Numbered from the stretch's first letter, positions 26,559 to 35,407 are shown. The stretch is DNA of 35,407 bases from Candidatus Poseidoniaceae archaeon (GCA_030741455.1 JASLVI010000001.1:1-35407), one strand, 5' to 3'. The notes: generated by a model not told the origin, from the letters alone. Made by a program: numbers and translations.

Positions 26559-27989
26559 ATGAAAACTCGAAATTGCAAAGTTTTGGTGATTGGCGCAGGC
26601 CCTGGAGGATACGTTGCTGCAATTCGTGCAGGTCAACTCGGAATGGACACGGTCATCGTTGAAGGCCAACGTGCTGGAGGTACCTGTCTCATTCGAGGAT
26701 GTATTCCTTCAAAGGCGCTCATTCATGCTGCCCACACCTTCCACAAACTCGCAGGGCACGCTAAGAAAGGGGGCCACATGGGTATCAGTATTCCCGGACC
26801 TGCTGAACTCAAAATGGAAGATACGATTGCCTGGAAAGATGGAATCGTCGATCGACTCAACAAAGGCGTAGAAGCCCTCCTCAAGAATGCAGGTGTTGAA
26901 CTTGTGAATGGATGGGCTGAATTCCAAGATGCGAAGACGGTGAAAGTTGGTAAAGGCAAGGATGCACTGATCATTCAAGCAGAAAACGTCATTCTTGCAA
27001 ACGGATCCATCCCAATCGAACTCCCATTCATGAAGTATGGTGAACATGTTCTTTCGTCGAGAGAGGCGCTTTCTCTTCAGGAACTACCAAAGCGAATCGC
27101 GGTCGTTGGGGGAGGCTACATTGGTCTTGAGCTTGGCATCACCTTCCGAATGCTTGGAAGTGAAGTGACGATTGTTGAAGCAATGGATTCAGTTCTTCCA
27201 ATCTTCGACAAGGAACTTCGTCGACCGCTCGAAATTGCCATCAAGAAACAAAAGATTGCCGTTCACACCAAGGTCTTTGCAAAAGGCATTGAAGAAAACA
27301 AGGATGGAAGTGTTGATCTCCTTTACACTCCTAAAGATGCAAAGGAAGGTACAGATCCAGAACGACTTACAGTCGACAAGGTTCTCGTTACCGTTGGTCG
27401 TCGACCAATGAGTGCTGCTCTTGCACCAACAGGTGTTGCTCTCGATGAACGTGGATTTGTTAAAGTCAACAACAAGTGTGAAACCAACATGAAAGGTGTT
27501 TATGCGATTGGAGATGTGTGTGATCTTGGCGAAATGCTTGCGCACGTTGCATCCTTCCAAGGTGAAATGGTTGCAGAAATCCTTGCTGGTGAAAACCGAA
27601 TCTATGAGCCTGCAGCCGTTCCTGCCATCGTCTTCACAGAACCTGAAGTCGTCTCAGTCGGTCTTTCTCCTGATGAGGCAAAGGCTGCTGGCCATCCAGT
27701 CATCACGGGTAAATTCCCATTGGCTGCAAACGGCCGTGCACTGACGCAAGAAGCAGAAAAGACCGCTGGATTTGTTCGTGTCACAGCCCGTGAAGACGAT
27801 CATCGAATCCTCGGAATTCAAGCGGTTGGGACACACATCAGCGAGCTTGTTGGAGAATGGACACTTGCTATTGAAATGGGCGCGCTTCTCGAAGATGTTG
27901 CACACACAATCCACGCTCATCCGACCATGACAGAGATGACGCATGAAGGTGTTCTAGCTACACTCGGTCATGCAATTCATTCGATGTGA
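26559..27989 (+). CDS. lpdA: Dihydrolipoyl dehydrogenase (E3)
   Basis: The FAD fold motif is VIGAGPGGYVAAIRAGQLG. The redox-active disulfide is GGTCLIRGCIPSK. The NAD fold motif is VVGGGYIGLELG. HAHPTMTE lies near the C-terminus. Confidence 0.96.
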   Translation: MKTRNCKVLVIGAGPGGYVAAIRAGQLGMDTVIVEGQRAGGTCLIRGCIPSKALIHAAHTFHKLAGHAKKGGHMGISIPGPAELKMEDTIAWKDGIVDRLNKGVEALLKNAGVELVNGWAEFQDAKTVKVGKGKDALIIQAENVILANGSIPIELPFMKYGEHVLSSREALSLQELPKRIAVVGGGYIGLELGITFRMLGSEVTIVEAMDSVLPIFDKELRRPLEIAIKKQKIAVHTKVFAKGIEENKDGSVDLLYTPKDAKEGTDPERLTVDKVLVTVGRRPMSAALAPTGVALDERGFVKVNNKCETNMKGVYAIGDVCDLGEMLAHVASFQGEMVAEILAGENRIYEPAAVPAIVFTEPEVVSVGLSPDEAKAAGHPVITGKFPLAANGRALTQEAEKTAGFVRVTAREDDHRILGIQAVGTHISELVGEWTLAIEMGALLEDVAHTIHAHPTMTEMTHEGVLATLGHAIHSM

Positions 27990-28014
27990 AGCACTGAAAA
28001 ATGCGTGAGCAGAG

Positions 28015-28020
28015 TTTTTT
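28015..28020 (+). terminator. Oligo-T tract (T6), a possible archaeal termination signal after lpdA
   Basis: TTTTTT lies 26 nt after the lpdA stop (27987-27989). It is meaningful only if hemA starts at 28097 or 28175 rather than 28001. Confidence 0.2.
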
Positions 28021-28096
28021 ACCAAACCTCGTATCAAAACCGGTAACAAACTGTTGTATAGTCCCATTCATTGAACACACTAAGGCGGATTTGGGA

Positions 28097-29446
28097 ATGT
28101 CTGACTTCTTGGTGGAACTGAAGAACTTTGCTCGCCTTGCGCAAGCAAATTCCAAGCACGTTCAGCACGAAAAAATGTCATCAAAAGTTTGTCTCGTTTC
28201 ACTAAAATTCGATTCTGAAAATATCGAGATAGCAAAACGTCTCACGACGGAAGGGATGGAAAAGCAAGATCGCCTCAACTATTTGCAAACGTTAAGAGAA
28301 CATCTTGGCAAGGAAGTCTTTGAATTCTCCACCTGTAACCGCATTTTGTATGTTGGATTCGATATCGAACCTGAAGAACTTGTGGCAGGAGTTTCCACCG
28401 TCTCAAACATCTCCAATATTCCCTTCAAACACGCAACTGGTTCTGATGCCTGGAAGAACCTTGTAAACATCGCTAGCGGACTGGATTCGTTTATTGTCGG
28501 AGAATTACAAGTGATGTCACAGCTGCGCAACGCCATCAATTTCCATCGCGAGCATGCACTCATAGGAAACTACAACCTCGCTTTCTTTGATCACATTGTT
28601 TCAGCGAATCGTATTGTTCGCAAAGAATTGGGGTTCACGAGTTCCACCGAATCAATGCTCAATCTCGCAACCTCCTCGCTTGAAGACATCTTAGAACCAA
28701 AAGGGCAAGCCAAATCATTGGTACTTGGATTTGGAGAGATGGGTGCAAAAGCTGTCGAAACCCTCCTTCATGTCAACCAAGAAAACATCATCGTCGCCTC
28801 AAGGAATCCTGACGAATCGTCTACACGAAATCTAGACCTTGCATCGAAATGTACGATGATTACCTATCACGAAATCAAGGATTATGCTGAAGACATTGAC
28901 CTTGTCATTTCGACAAGACGATGTTCAACTCCTGCATACACAAAAGAAAATCCCCTTCCAATCACCTCGAAGGCAACACTTCTTGATTTCTCGTGGCCAC
29001 CGTCCATCGATTATGATGCAGTACCTCCGAATCAAACACTTCTTGGCATGGAACATTGGATCAAGTTAGCACGAAATCTTGACCAAGAAGCATACCAAAC
29101 CATGATGCATGAGGCGGAAGAATTGATTGAAAGTATCCAGAAGAGATACATGAATGCTCTTAGCGACCGAAATGAAGCCAACTTTAGAGCACTCATTTAC
29201 GGCCAAATGGAAAAACTCTCAAGCAGTTGGCAATCGTCTTCCAATGCTACTCAGGAGGATTCTCTACAAATGGGAGCATTTGCCAGAGAAATTGCAACTT
29301 GGATTTGTAAACAAAACAAAACATTCCATCTTTCTGAACTATCAACGTTCATCGAAGGAACGAATCGTCATTTGAGTCCTGATTTACTCCTCGAAGTAGC
29401 AAAAGATGTGGAGAGTTCAGTCATCTCCATGACCGCTGGAACCTGA
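28097..29446 (+). CDS. hemA: Glutamyl-tRNA reductase (divergent). The start is ambiguous among 28001, 28097 and 28175.
   Basis: The catalytic-Cys motif is FSTCNRILYV. Other matches are GLDSFIVGELQVMSQLR (GE.QI.GQ block) and the NADPH fold LVLGFGEMGAKAVETLL. In the family the first beta-strand begins within a few residues of the N-terminus. Here that strand is KVCLVSLKF, which favours the ATG at 28175. I report 28097 as a compromise because it keeps the T6 tract outside the CDS. Confidence 0.82.
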   Translation: MSDFLVELKNFARLAQANSKHVQHEKMSSKVCLVSLKFDSENIEIAKRLTTEGMEKQDRLNYLQTLREHLGKEVFEFSTCNRILYVGFDIEPEELVAGVSTVSNISNIPFKHATGSDAWKNLVNIASGLDSFIVGELQVMSQLRNAINFHREHALIGNYNLAFFDHIVSANRIVRKELGFTSSTESMLNLATSSLEDILEPKGQAKSLVLGFGEMGAKAVETLLHVNQENIIVASRNPDESSTRNLDLASKCTMITYHEIKDYAEDIDLVISTRRCSTPAYTKENPLPITSKATLLDFSWPPSIDYDAVPPNQTLLGMEHWIKLARNLDQEAYQTMMHEAEELIESIQKRYMNALSDRNEANFRALIYGQMEKLSSSWQSSSNATQEDSLQMGAFAREIATWICKQNKTFHLSELSTFIEGTNRHLSPDLLLEVAKDVESSVISMTAGT

Positions 29447-29455
29447 TTCTGGAGG

Positions 29456-31156
29456 ATGCTCATGACGATTCGAATTGGAACACGCTCATCGAATCTCGCA
29501 TTATGGCAAGCCCGTTCTGTTGCATCTGCACTCAAACAGGCAGGGATTGAAACCGAAATTATCGAGTTTAAATCAACTGGCGACCGAAGTCTAGGAGGGA
29601 ATCTATCCTCCTCTGTTGGCCAATTCATACATACAATCGATGATGGCCTTATCACTGGTAAGATCGATATTGCAGTTCATTCCAGCAAAGATGTTCCCGT
29701 CTCAATCAGCAAAGAAATTCGACATCTTGCCTACATGAAACGAGGTACAACAAGCGATCTCGTCTTGATGAAGAAAAAAGGGTTTGACTCCCTTGAAGAC
29801 ATTCTGAACTCTGTTGAATCCACACCTCTTTCAGACGTATTGGCCAGTTTCGGATCTGGATCAACATTCGGAACGGTTTCGGGACGGCGACAGTCCCTGT
29901 TGCTGAGCGAGCGTCCAGATATTATCCCGCTTGCTGTACGAGGTCATGTAGAAACCAGAATCAATCGCCTCCTAGAAGGTCGAGTCGATGCACTTGTCCT
30001 AGCAGAAGTTGGTATCAAACGATTGAATTCAATCGGTGCACTAGATTCGGTGAAAGGAAACATCTCTGCTGTTCGTTTGGATCAAAACGATTGGCCAACC
30101 GCACCTGGCCAGGGCGCAGTTTGCATCCATTGTAAAGCAGAACGATTCGATGAATTCATCAACCTGCGAGACGTTCTCAACCATCCACAAACCGAACAAG
30201 ACATTGTGAAAGAACGGGCCATTCTCGATAGAATAGGCGGGGGTTGTCTGTACCCTGCTGGAATAGAAGTTCAAGGTAACTTGACCCGCGTGAAAATCGC
30301 TCCAAAGGGTTGGAAGACAACATTCTGTGAAGGAAGGACGTATTCCATTTATTCCTATCAAGGAGATTATGAGAGCATGATGATTGATTTACCTCAGGAT
30401 GAGGATGCACCAATACGTTCAACTCCGATAGATGGGCCAAAATTTGTCTCAACGCTCAACTCTGATCGAATTTCCAATGTATTGGCGAATAACGGCATTC
30501 CAATGGAGAACATGTCTGTCATTGATTTGAGTCCGTCATTGGATGCTTGGCCCAGAGATTTCTTGAGTCAATATACAAGAAAGAGAGATTGGCCATACCT
30601 CGTACTCACGTCACCATTTGCGGCAAAATGTGCCATCATTGCTGCGGAGTCCAACCCGGACATCGCAAGGATACAATGGCTTGCTATCGGCGAAGGGACT
30701 GCTCGAGCATGTTTTCAACGCGGCGTCACTGTGGCCATTTGTGCTAAGGCAAGGAATTCGAAAGAGCTTGTTGCGTACATTGCAGAGAACATTGATGCCA
30801 AGACCCCACTACTGATACCACGGTCAAACGTTGCACCCAATGATGTCGTCCATAATTTGGAGAAACTAGGCTTCTCAATCGACCACTGGATAGGGTACGA
30901 AAACAAGCCCAAATCAGTTGATAATGCTCCTGTATCACCCGATGATGTTCTTCTCTTATCCTCTTCATCCTCTGCAATCTCGTGGGCAGAAAATGGGCTT
31001 GTGGTTCCAAATGAGATTATTTGTATGGGAAACAATGCGAAAGAAACAATCCACTCTCTGGATCATTTCCATGGAAGCAACGTTTCAGTTCTCAAAGGAC
31101 CAACGACGGAGTATCTCATGCAATGGTGGAAGGAGAATAGGGGGCACATGACATGA
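29456..31156 (+). CDS. hemC: Bifunctional hydroxymethylbilane synthase / uroporphyrinogen-III synthase (HemC-HemD fusion)
   Basis: The N-terminal roughly 330 aa match HemC through IRIGTRSSNLALWQA, GTVSGRRQSLLL and the cofactor Cys in GGGCLYPAG. The C-terminal roughly 230 aa follow the HemD pattern (WPYLVLTSPFAAKCAI, WLAIGEGTA, LLIPRSNVAPNDV, DVLLLSSSSSAISW). The second ATG at 29462 has the better spacing (6 nt) from GGAGG. Confidence 0.85.
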   Translation: MLMTIRIGTRSSNLALWQARSVASALKQAGIETEIIEFKSTGDRSLGGNLSSSVGQFIHTIDDGLITGKIDIAVHSSKDVPVSISKEIRHLAYMKRGTTSDLVLMKKKGFDSLEDILNSVESTPLSDVLASFGSGSTFGTVSGRRQSLLLSERPDIIPLAVRGHVETRINRLLEGRVDALVLAEVGIKRLNSIGALDSVKGNISAVRLDQNDWPTAPGQGAVCIHCKAERFDEFINLRDVLNHPQTEQDIVKERAILDRIGGGCLYPAGIEVQGNLTRVKIAPKGWKTTFCEGRTYSIYSYQGDYESMMIDLPQDEDAPIRSTPIDGPKFVSTLNSDRISNVLANNGIPMENMSVIDLSPSLDAWPRDFLSQYTRKRDWPYLVLTSPFAAKCAIIAAESNPDIARIQWLAIGEGTARACFQRGVTVAICAKARNSKELVAYIAENIDAKTPLLIPRSNVAPNDVVHNLEKLGFSIDHWIGYENKPKSVDNAPVSPDDVLLLSSSSSAISWAENGLVVPNEIICMGNNAKETIHSLDHFHGSNVSVLKGPTTEYLMQWWKENRGHMT

Positions 31157-32127
31157 ACATACGGCCACGAATCAATCGGTGGACTCAAGCGCGAAGAAGC
31201 ATGTTGTTTGGTAACGCTCCACTCCACGCTTTGGTTCAACCTCATTTTGTTGTTGCCGGGGAAAACATCGACACCCCAATCGAAAGCATGCCAGGCATCA
31301 ATCAACAGTCTATTGATGTCTTGATCGAAACCGTGCAGAACGATTATGACAATGGGATTCGAGCAGTAATGCTGTTTGGTGTTGTTGAACATTCGGAGAA
31401 AGATGATGCTGCAAGCAAGGCTTCAGATGTCGACTCGCATCTTCATCGGGCGGTTCAAGAATTAAAATCCATACACGGTGATTCGATTGTCGTTATGACG
31501 GATGTTTGTCTGTGTACTGCAACGAATCATGGCCATTGTGGTTTAGTTCACGAAGGTGAAATTCTCAACGATTCGTCCGTAGAGCGATTGTGTGAGATTG
31601 CAGTCTCCCATGCAGAGGTCGGCGCAGATTATGTCTGTGCATCAGATATGATGGATGGTCGAGTCATCGCAATACGCTCAGCGCTTGAGGCTGCAGGTTT
31701 CACAAGTACTGGCATACTCTCCTATTCTGTAAAATATGCATCTACGTTCTATGGTCCATTTCGTCAAGCTGCCGATTCAAGTCCCGAATTTGGCGATCGG
31801 TCCACACATCAAATGGACATATCATCAGGCTATGATGAAGCAATCTTGGAATCTGAATTGGACGTCAAAGAAGGAGCGGACATTGTCATGGTTAAACCCG
31901 CTCTTGCCTATCTTGACGTGGTTCGGAAAGTAGCAGACTCAATCAACAGACCCGTAGCAGTGTACAATGTAAGCGGAGAGTATGCTATGGTCATGAATGC
32001 TACAAAGGATGACAATTCACGAAGACGAATGGTTCGTGAAATAATGACAGCATTCAATAGAGCGGGTGCTGACGTCATCGTATCCTATCATGCTCGGGAA
32101 ATTGCCGAGAAGGGTTGGCTTGATTGA
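31153..32127 (+). CDS. hemB: Porphobilinogen synthase (delta-aminolevulinate dehydratase), Zn/Cys-rich type
   Basis: The metal site is DVCLCTATNHGHCG. The Schiff-base Lys lies in MVKPALAYLDV. SGEYAM is also present. The ATGA overlaps the hemC-D stop. Confidence 0.95.
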   Translation: MNIRPRINRWTQARRSMLFGNAPLHALVQPHFVVAGENIDTPIESMPGINQQSIDVLIETVQNDYDNGIRAVMLFGVVEHSEKDDAASKASDVDSHLHRAVQELKSIHGDSIVVMTDVCLCTATNHGHCGLVHEGEILNDSSVERLCEIAVSHAEVGADYVCASDMMDGRVIAIRSALEAAGFTSTGILSYSVKYASTFYGPFRQAADSSPEFGDRSTHQMDISSGYDEAILESELDVKEGADIVMVKPALAYLDVVRKVADSINRPVAVYNVSGEYAMVMNATKDDNSRRRMVREIMTAFNRAGADVIVSYHAREIAEKGWLD

Positions 32128-32136
32128 GGTATTGCA

Positions 32137-33432
32137 ATGGACAGAGCAAAATCCGACAGCATGCACAACGTTGCAATGGAGCACCTCGTAGGAGGCGTCA
32201 ACTCTCCGGTTCGCGCCTTCAAATCTGTTCACGGAAATCCGATTTACTTCGAGAAAGCATCAGGAGCGCATGTCACGGACATTGACGGCAACATACTTGT
32301 CGATTTTGTCCAATCTTGGGGCCCGCTTATCCATGGCCACTCGCATCCTGAAATTATCAAAGCAGTTCATGAAAAAATGCTGAATGGGACCTCATTTGGC
32401 GCACCCCATCTCGGTGAAATTGAACTTGCAAAGAAAGTCAAAAAACGATTCACTCACATGGATAAGGTACGTTTTGTTTCTTCAGGAACAGAGGCAGTAA
32501 TGAGTGCAGTACGACTCGCTCGAGGCTACACAGGTCGAGATCTACTTGTCAAGTTCGAAGGTTGCTATCATGGACATGTTGATTCCTTGATGGTATCTTC
32601 TGGAAGTGGTCTCGCAACCTTTGGAATTGCGAGCAGCCCCGGTATCCCAAACGATACAGTCGCTACAACTCTTATTTGTCCATTGGATGACATTGAGGCG
32701 GTTGAGTTCCTGTTCAAGGAACACGGTAATGAAATCGCAGCTGTAGTGATTGAACCGCTCCCTGCAAACAATGGACTGCTCATTCAACGAAACGAATTCC
32801 TAGTTCGACTCAGAACACTTTGCGATCAGCATGAATCCTTGTTAATCTTTGATGAGGTCATCAGTGGTTTTCGTTTCAAGCACGGAAGTTACTCTGATAT
32901 TTGTGGAGTCACACCTGACATAACTGCTCTTGGCAAGGTCATTGGAGGAGGGTTGCCTGTTGGAGCATACGGTGCACGAGACGAAATAATGGAACAACTT
33001 TCTCCTTTAGGACCAGTTTATCAAGCAGGGACATTATCTGGCAATCCACTTGCCATGGCAGCTGGTGCAAAAACCTTGGATCTCTTGGATGAAGATGCCT
33101 ACGATTACCTCGAGCAACTTGGATCCATGATGGAGACAGAGGTCAATCTTGTACTCAAAAAACATGGATTTCCAATGCGGCTTGTACGAATGGAAAGTCT
33201 GTTCTGGTTTTCACCTGGTGACGGAACCCCTGCAATTCGGGCCGACCATATACCAAAGGACGCAGGTAAGTTGTATGCTGATGTTCACTTGGAACTCCTA
33301 ATGAGAGGCTACATGCTTGCACCATCTGCTTATGAGATTGGATTCCTATCCACATCTCACGAAGAATCACACATCCATGGTTTTGTCCAAGCATTGGATG
33401 AATCTCTCTCCAGTTTGGGGCTGTCATCATGA
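32137..33432 (+). CDS. hemL: Glutamate-1-semialdehyde 2,1-aminomutase
   Basis: Matches are GGVNSPVRAF, SGTEAVMSAVRLARG, FDEVISGFR, and the PLP Lys in LGKVIGGGLPVGAYG. Confidence 0.96.
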   Translation: MDRAKSDSMHNVAMEHLVGGVNSPVRAFKSVHGNPIYFEKASGAHVTDIDGNILVDFVQSWGPLIHGHSHPEIIKAVHEKMLNGTSFGAPHLGEIELAKKVKKRFTHMDKVRFVSSGTEAVMSAVRLARGYTGRDLLVKFEGCYHGHVDSLMVSSGSGLATFGIASSPGIPNDTVATTLICPLDDIEAVEFLFKEHGNEIAAVVIEPLPANNGLLIQRNEFLVRLRTLCDQHESLLIFDEVISGFRFKHGSYSDICGVTPDITALGKVIGGGLPVGAYGARDEIMEQLSPLGPVYQAGTLSGNPLAMAAGAKTLDLLDEDAYDYLEQLGSMMETEVNLVLKKHGFPMRLVRMESLFWFSPGDGTPAIRADHIPKDAGKLYADVHLELLMRGYMLAPSAYEIGFLSTSHEESHIHGFVQALDESLSSLGLSS

Positions 33433-34457
33433 ATGGAAAGGAACGTATCGTTGGCGCGTTGAATCATCAGGAAGTTGACAGAACTCCAGTTTGGTTCATG
33501 AGACAAGCAGGCAGACACTTGCCAGAATACAGGAAGCTTGCAGCAGAACATAACTTCTGGGAGCGATGCATGGACATCGATTTATGCACGACAATCACAA
33601 TGCAACCAATTCACAGGTACAAGTCGATCGATGCTGCGATTATTTTCAGCGACATCCTCACCCCGCTGCCTGCACTCGGCTACGAAGTTGAATATGGAGG
33701 AGGAATTCGAATCGATCCTTTTGACTTCGAAGATGTTGAAGGATGGAGTGATTTTTCGGCTCGAAAACATGCTCCATGGGCTGCTGACGGACTCAAGGCC
33801 ATCGGCGAAGAAAACACTGATATTGCCCGACTTGGTTTTGTTGGGTGCCCATGGACCACATCGATGTATCTGATGGCAGGCGGCACTGGGGACAAAGAAT
33901 TTCATGAAACTCGAGCAAAGGTATACTCTGATCCAGATGCATCGATGCGAGTGTTGCTCAAAGTTGCGGAAGCCGTTGGTGACTTGCTTGCAGACCAAGT
34001 AAATCACGGAGGAGCCGATGCTGTGCAAATGTTCGATACATGGGCAGGACTGTTGACCGATGAAGATTATTGTCGGTTTGCAAAGCCTGCCACTGAACGG
34101 GCGATAGAGGTATTTCGAAACAAAGCAAACCGGCAAGTCCCGTTAATCCATTATGCAAAGGGAAGCTCACACTTGCACCATGAAATTCGCAAACTCGATA
34201 TTGAAGCAATCTCCTTGGATTGGAGAGATAACCTCAAGCAGAACAGAATTGAGTATGGTTCACAATTTGCATTTCAGGGCAATCTTGACCCATCGAGAAT
34301 GCACGGAACTCCAGAGGCCGCAGTTAATGCTGCAAAAGTAGTCATGGAGAATGCAGGCAATAAACCAGGCCACATCTTCAATCTAGGACATGGATTTGCA
34401 CCTGGTGCAAAAATCGAGTGTGTTGAAGCAGTTTTGAGACATGTCACTGGTGAATGA
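33429..34457 (+). CDS. hemE: Uroporphyrinogen decarboxylase
   Basis: Matches are PVWFMRQAGRHLPEYR, DAAIIFSDILTP, MFDTWAG, FQGNLDP and FNLGHG. The protein is collinear with E. coli HemE. Confidence 0.96.
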   Translation: MNGKERIVGALNHQEVDRTPVWFMRQAGRHLPEYRKLAAEHNFWERCMDIDLCTTITMQPIHRYKSIDAAIIFSDILTPLPALGYEVEYGGGIRIDPFDFEDVEGWSDFSARKHAPWAADGLKAIGEENTDIARLGFVGCPWTTSMYLMAGGTGDKEFHETRAKVYSDPDASMRVLLKVAEAVGDLLADQVNHGGADAVQMFDTWAGLLTDEDYCRFAKPATERAIEVFRNKANRQVPLIHYAKGSSHLHHEIRKLDIEAISLDWRDNLKQNRIEYGSQFAFQGNLDPSRMHGTPEAAVNAAKVVMENAGNKPGHIFNLGHGFAPGAKIECVEAVLRHVTGE

Positions 34458-35370
34458 AATGCGCAACAAAATGGTGGAAATGGTTCACGACCTCCAAGAT
34501 ATCATTTGTGAGGCAATCAAAACCATTGATGGGACCATGTATCGAGAAGATGTTTGGACCAGAGAAGAGGGCGGTGGCGGACGCAGTCGTGTCTTTTCTG
34601 AGGGAAATGTCTTTGAAAAAGCAGGTGTGAACGTAAGCGTTGTTCACGGTACGCTAAGCCCAGAGGCTGCTGAAAAGATGGGAGGGGGACATCAACTCGA
34701 GGGAAAAGATCTCGACTTTTTTGCAACGGGAATCAGTTTGGTTCTTCATCCAATCAACCCGATGGCTCCTACAGTACACGCAAATTATCGATATTTTGAG
34801 CGCGGAGCAGGACAAGCCGAAGGAAGTTGGTGGTTTGGTGGAGGAGCTGACCTGACACCATCCTATCTCTTTGAAGAAGACGCAATTCATTTCCATCGAA
34901 TTCACAAAGAGGTTTGTGACCGCCATGAAATCGCAGATTATAATCGATTCAAATCATGGTGCGATGAGTACTTCCACATCCCACACCGAAACGAAGGTCG
35001 TGGAGTTGGAGGCATTTTCTTTGACAACATCCATGGCTCGAGCAAACAAGAGTGTTTTGAATTCGTCAACGATTGTGCACATCGGTTTCTCGATGCTTAT
35101 CTACCGATATTAGAGCGTCGAAAGGACCTTGCATACACTGTTCAGCAAAAAGAATGGCAACAAATCCGTCGTGGACGATATGTGGAGTTTAATCTCGTGT
35201 ACGATCGAGGTACAAAATTCGGTTTGACAACAAACGGTCGAATCGAGAGCATCCTTATGTCGCTTCCACTAACTGCACGTTGGGAATATTGTCACGAAGT
35301 GCCAATTGGTACTGAAGAAGAAAAACTCCTAACTGTTCTAAAGAATCCAATGGATTGGTTGGGTGCGTGA
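34441..35370 (+). CDS. hemF: Oxygen-dependent coproporphyrinogen III oxidase
   Basis: Matches are REEGGGGRSRV, AGVNVSVVHG, HPINPMAPTVHANYRYFE, WWFGGGADLTPSY and RRGRYVEFNLVYDRGTKFGL. The protein is collinear with E. coli HemF. An alternative in-frame ATG at 34459 would remove the 17-nt overlap with hemE. Confidence 0.96.
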   Translation: MSLVNEMRNKMVEMVHDLQDIICEAIKTIDGTMYREDVWTREEGGGGRSRVFSEGNVFEKAGVNVSVVHGTLSPEAAEKMGGGHQLEGKDLDFFATGISLVLHPINPMAPTVHANYRYFERGAGQAEGSWWFGGGADLTPSYLFEEDAIHFHRIHKEVCDRHEIADYNRFKSWCDEYFHIPHRNEGRGVGGIFFDNIHGSSKQECFEFVNDCAHRFLDAYLPILERRKDLAYTVQQKEWQQIRRGRYVEFNLVYDRGTKFGLTTNGRIESILMSLPLTARWEYCHEVPIGTEEEKLLTVLKNPMDWLGA

Positions 35371-35407
35371 TGCTCTTGCATAGCCAAGATGATTGGATTC
35401 AATATGG

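Noticed and set aside
35370-35407. Start of a further plus-strand ORF (ATG at 35370 overlapping the hemF stop as TGATG; MLLHSQDDWIQY...).
   Set aside because: Only 12 codons are visible, too few to call a gene or a function. By position it is tempting to guess the next heme enzyme, but the sequence here cannot support that.

Overview
This is a gene-dense 35.4 kb fragment. I see no rRNA, CRISPR array, transposase or integrase. Several signals point to a euryarchaeon, plausibly a marine planktonic lineage rich in giant adhesins; this taxonomy is inference only. The signals are two archaellin-type proteins with a QVGIG..IVFI class III signal peptide, an XPD/Rad3 helicase with a 4-Cys module, a type II tRNA-Leu that from memory closely resembles haloarchaeal tRNA-Leu, TATA-like boxes about 26 nt upstream of start codons, and GGAGG/GGTG ribosome-binding sites. 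Layout: (i) 1-3716 is a surface block. It holds a 5'-truncated Ca-binding repeat protein built from 8 x 81-bp and 8 x 99-bp in-frame tandem repeats, two archaellin-like paralogs, and a small 3-TM protein. (ii) 3718-9017 holds a bacterial-type NADP glutamate dehydrogenase, an acidic protein with an internal duplication, and a ribbon-helix-helix regulator preceded by three phased boxes. These are followed by a roughly 340-nt GC-rich hairpin cluster with no credible ORF, the XPD helicase, and a His-rich protein with an alpha-crystallin-like C-terminus. (iii) 9022-20946 on the minus strand holds a 970-aa surface protein followed 54 nt later by a 2985-aa giant. The giant carries TSP3-like repeats, an intact transglutaminase core, a long Ig-like array, a TM helix and a DUF4129-like tail. 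(iv) tRNA-Leu(UAA) and an SDR oxidoreductase follow. (v) 21997-35407 is an unbroken plus-strand array: lipA, 2-oxoacid dehydrogenase E1alpha/E1beta/E2/E3, hemA, a hemC-hemD fusion, hemB, hemL, hemE, hemF. The items most worth follow-up are the two-gene giant transglutaminase envelope module, the GC-rich structured gap at 6096-6436, the archaellin pair with no motor genes, and the classical oxygen-dependent heme branch (hemE/hemF) in an archaeal-looking context.
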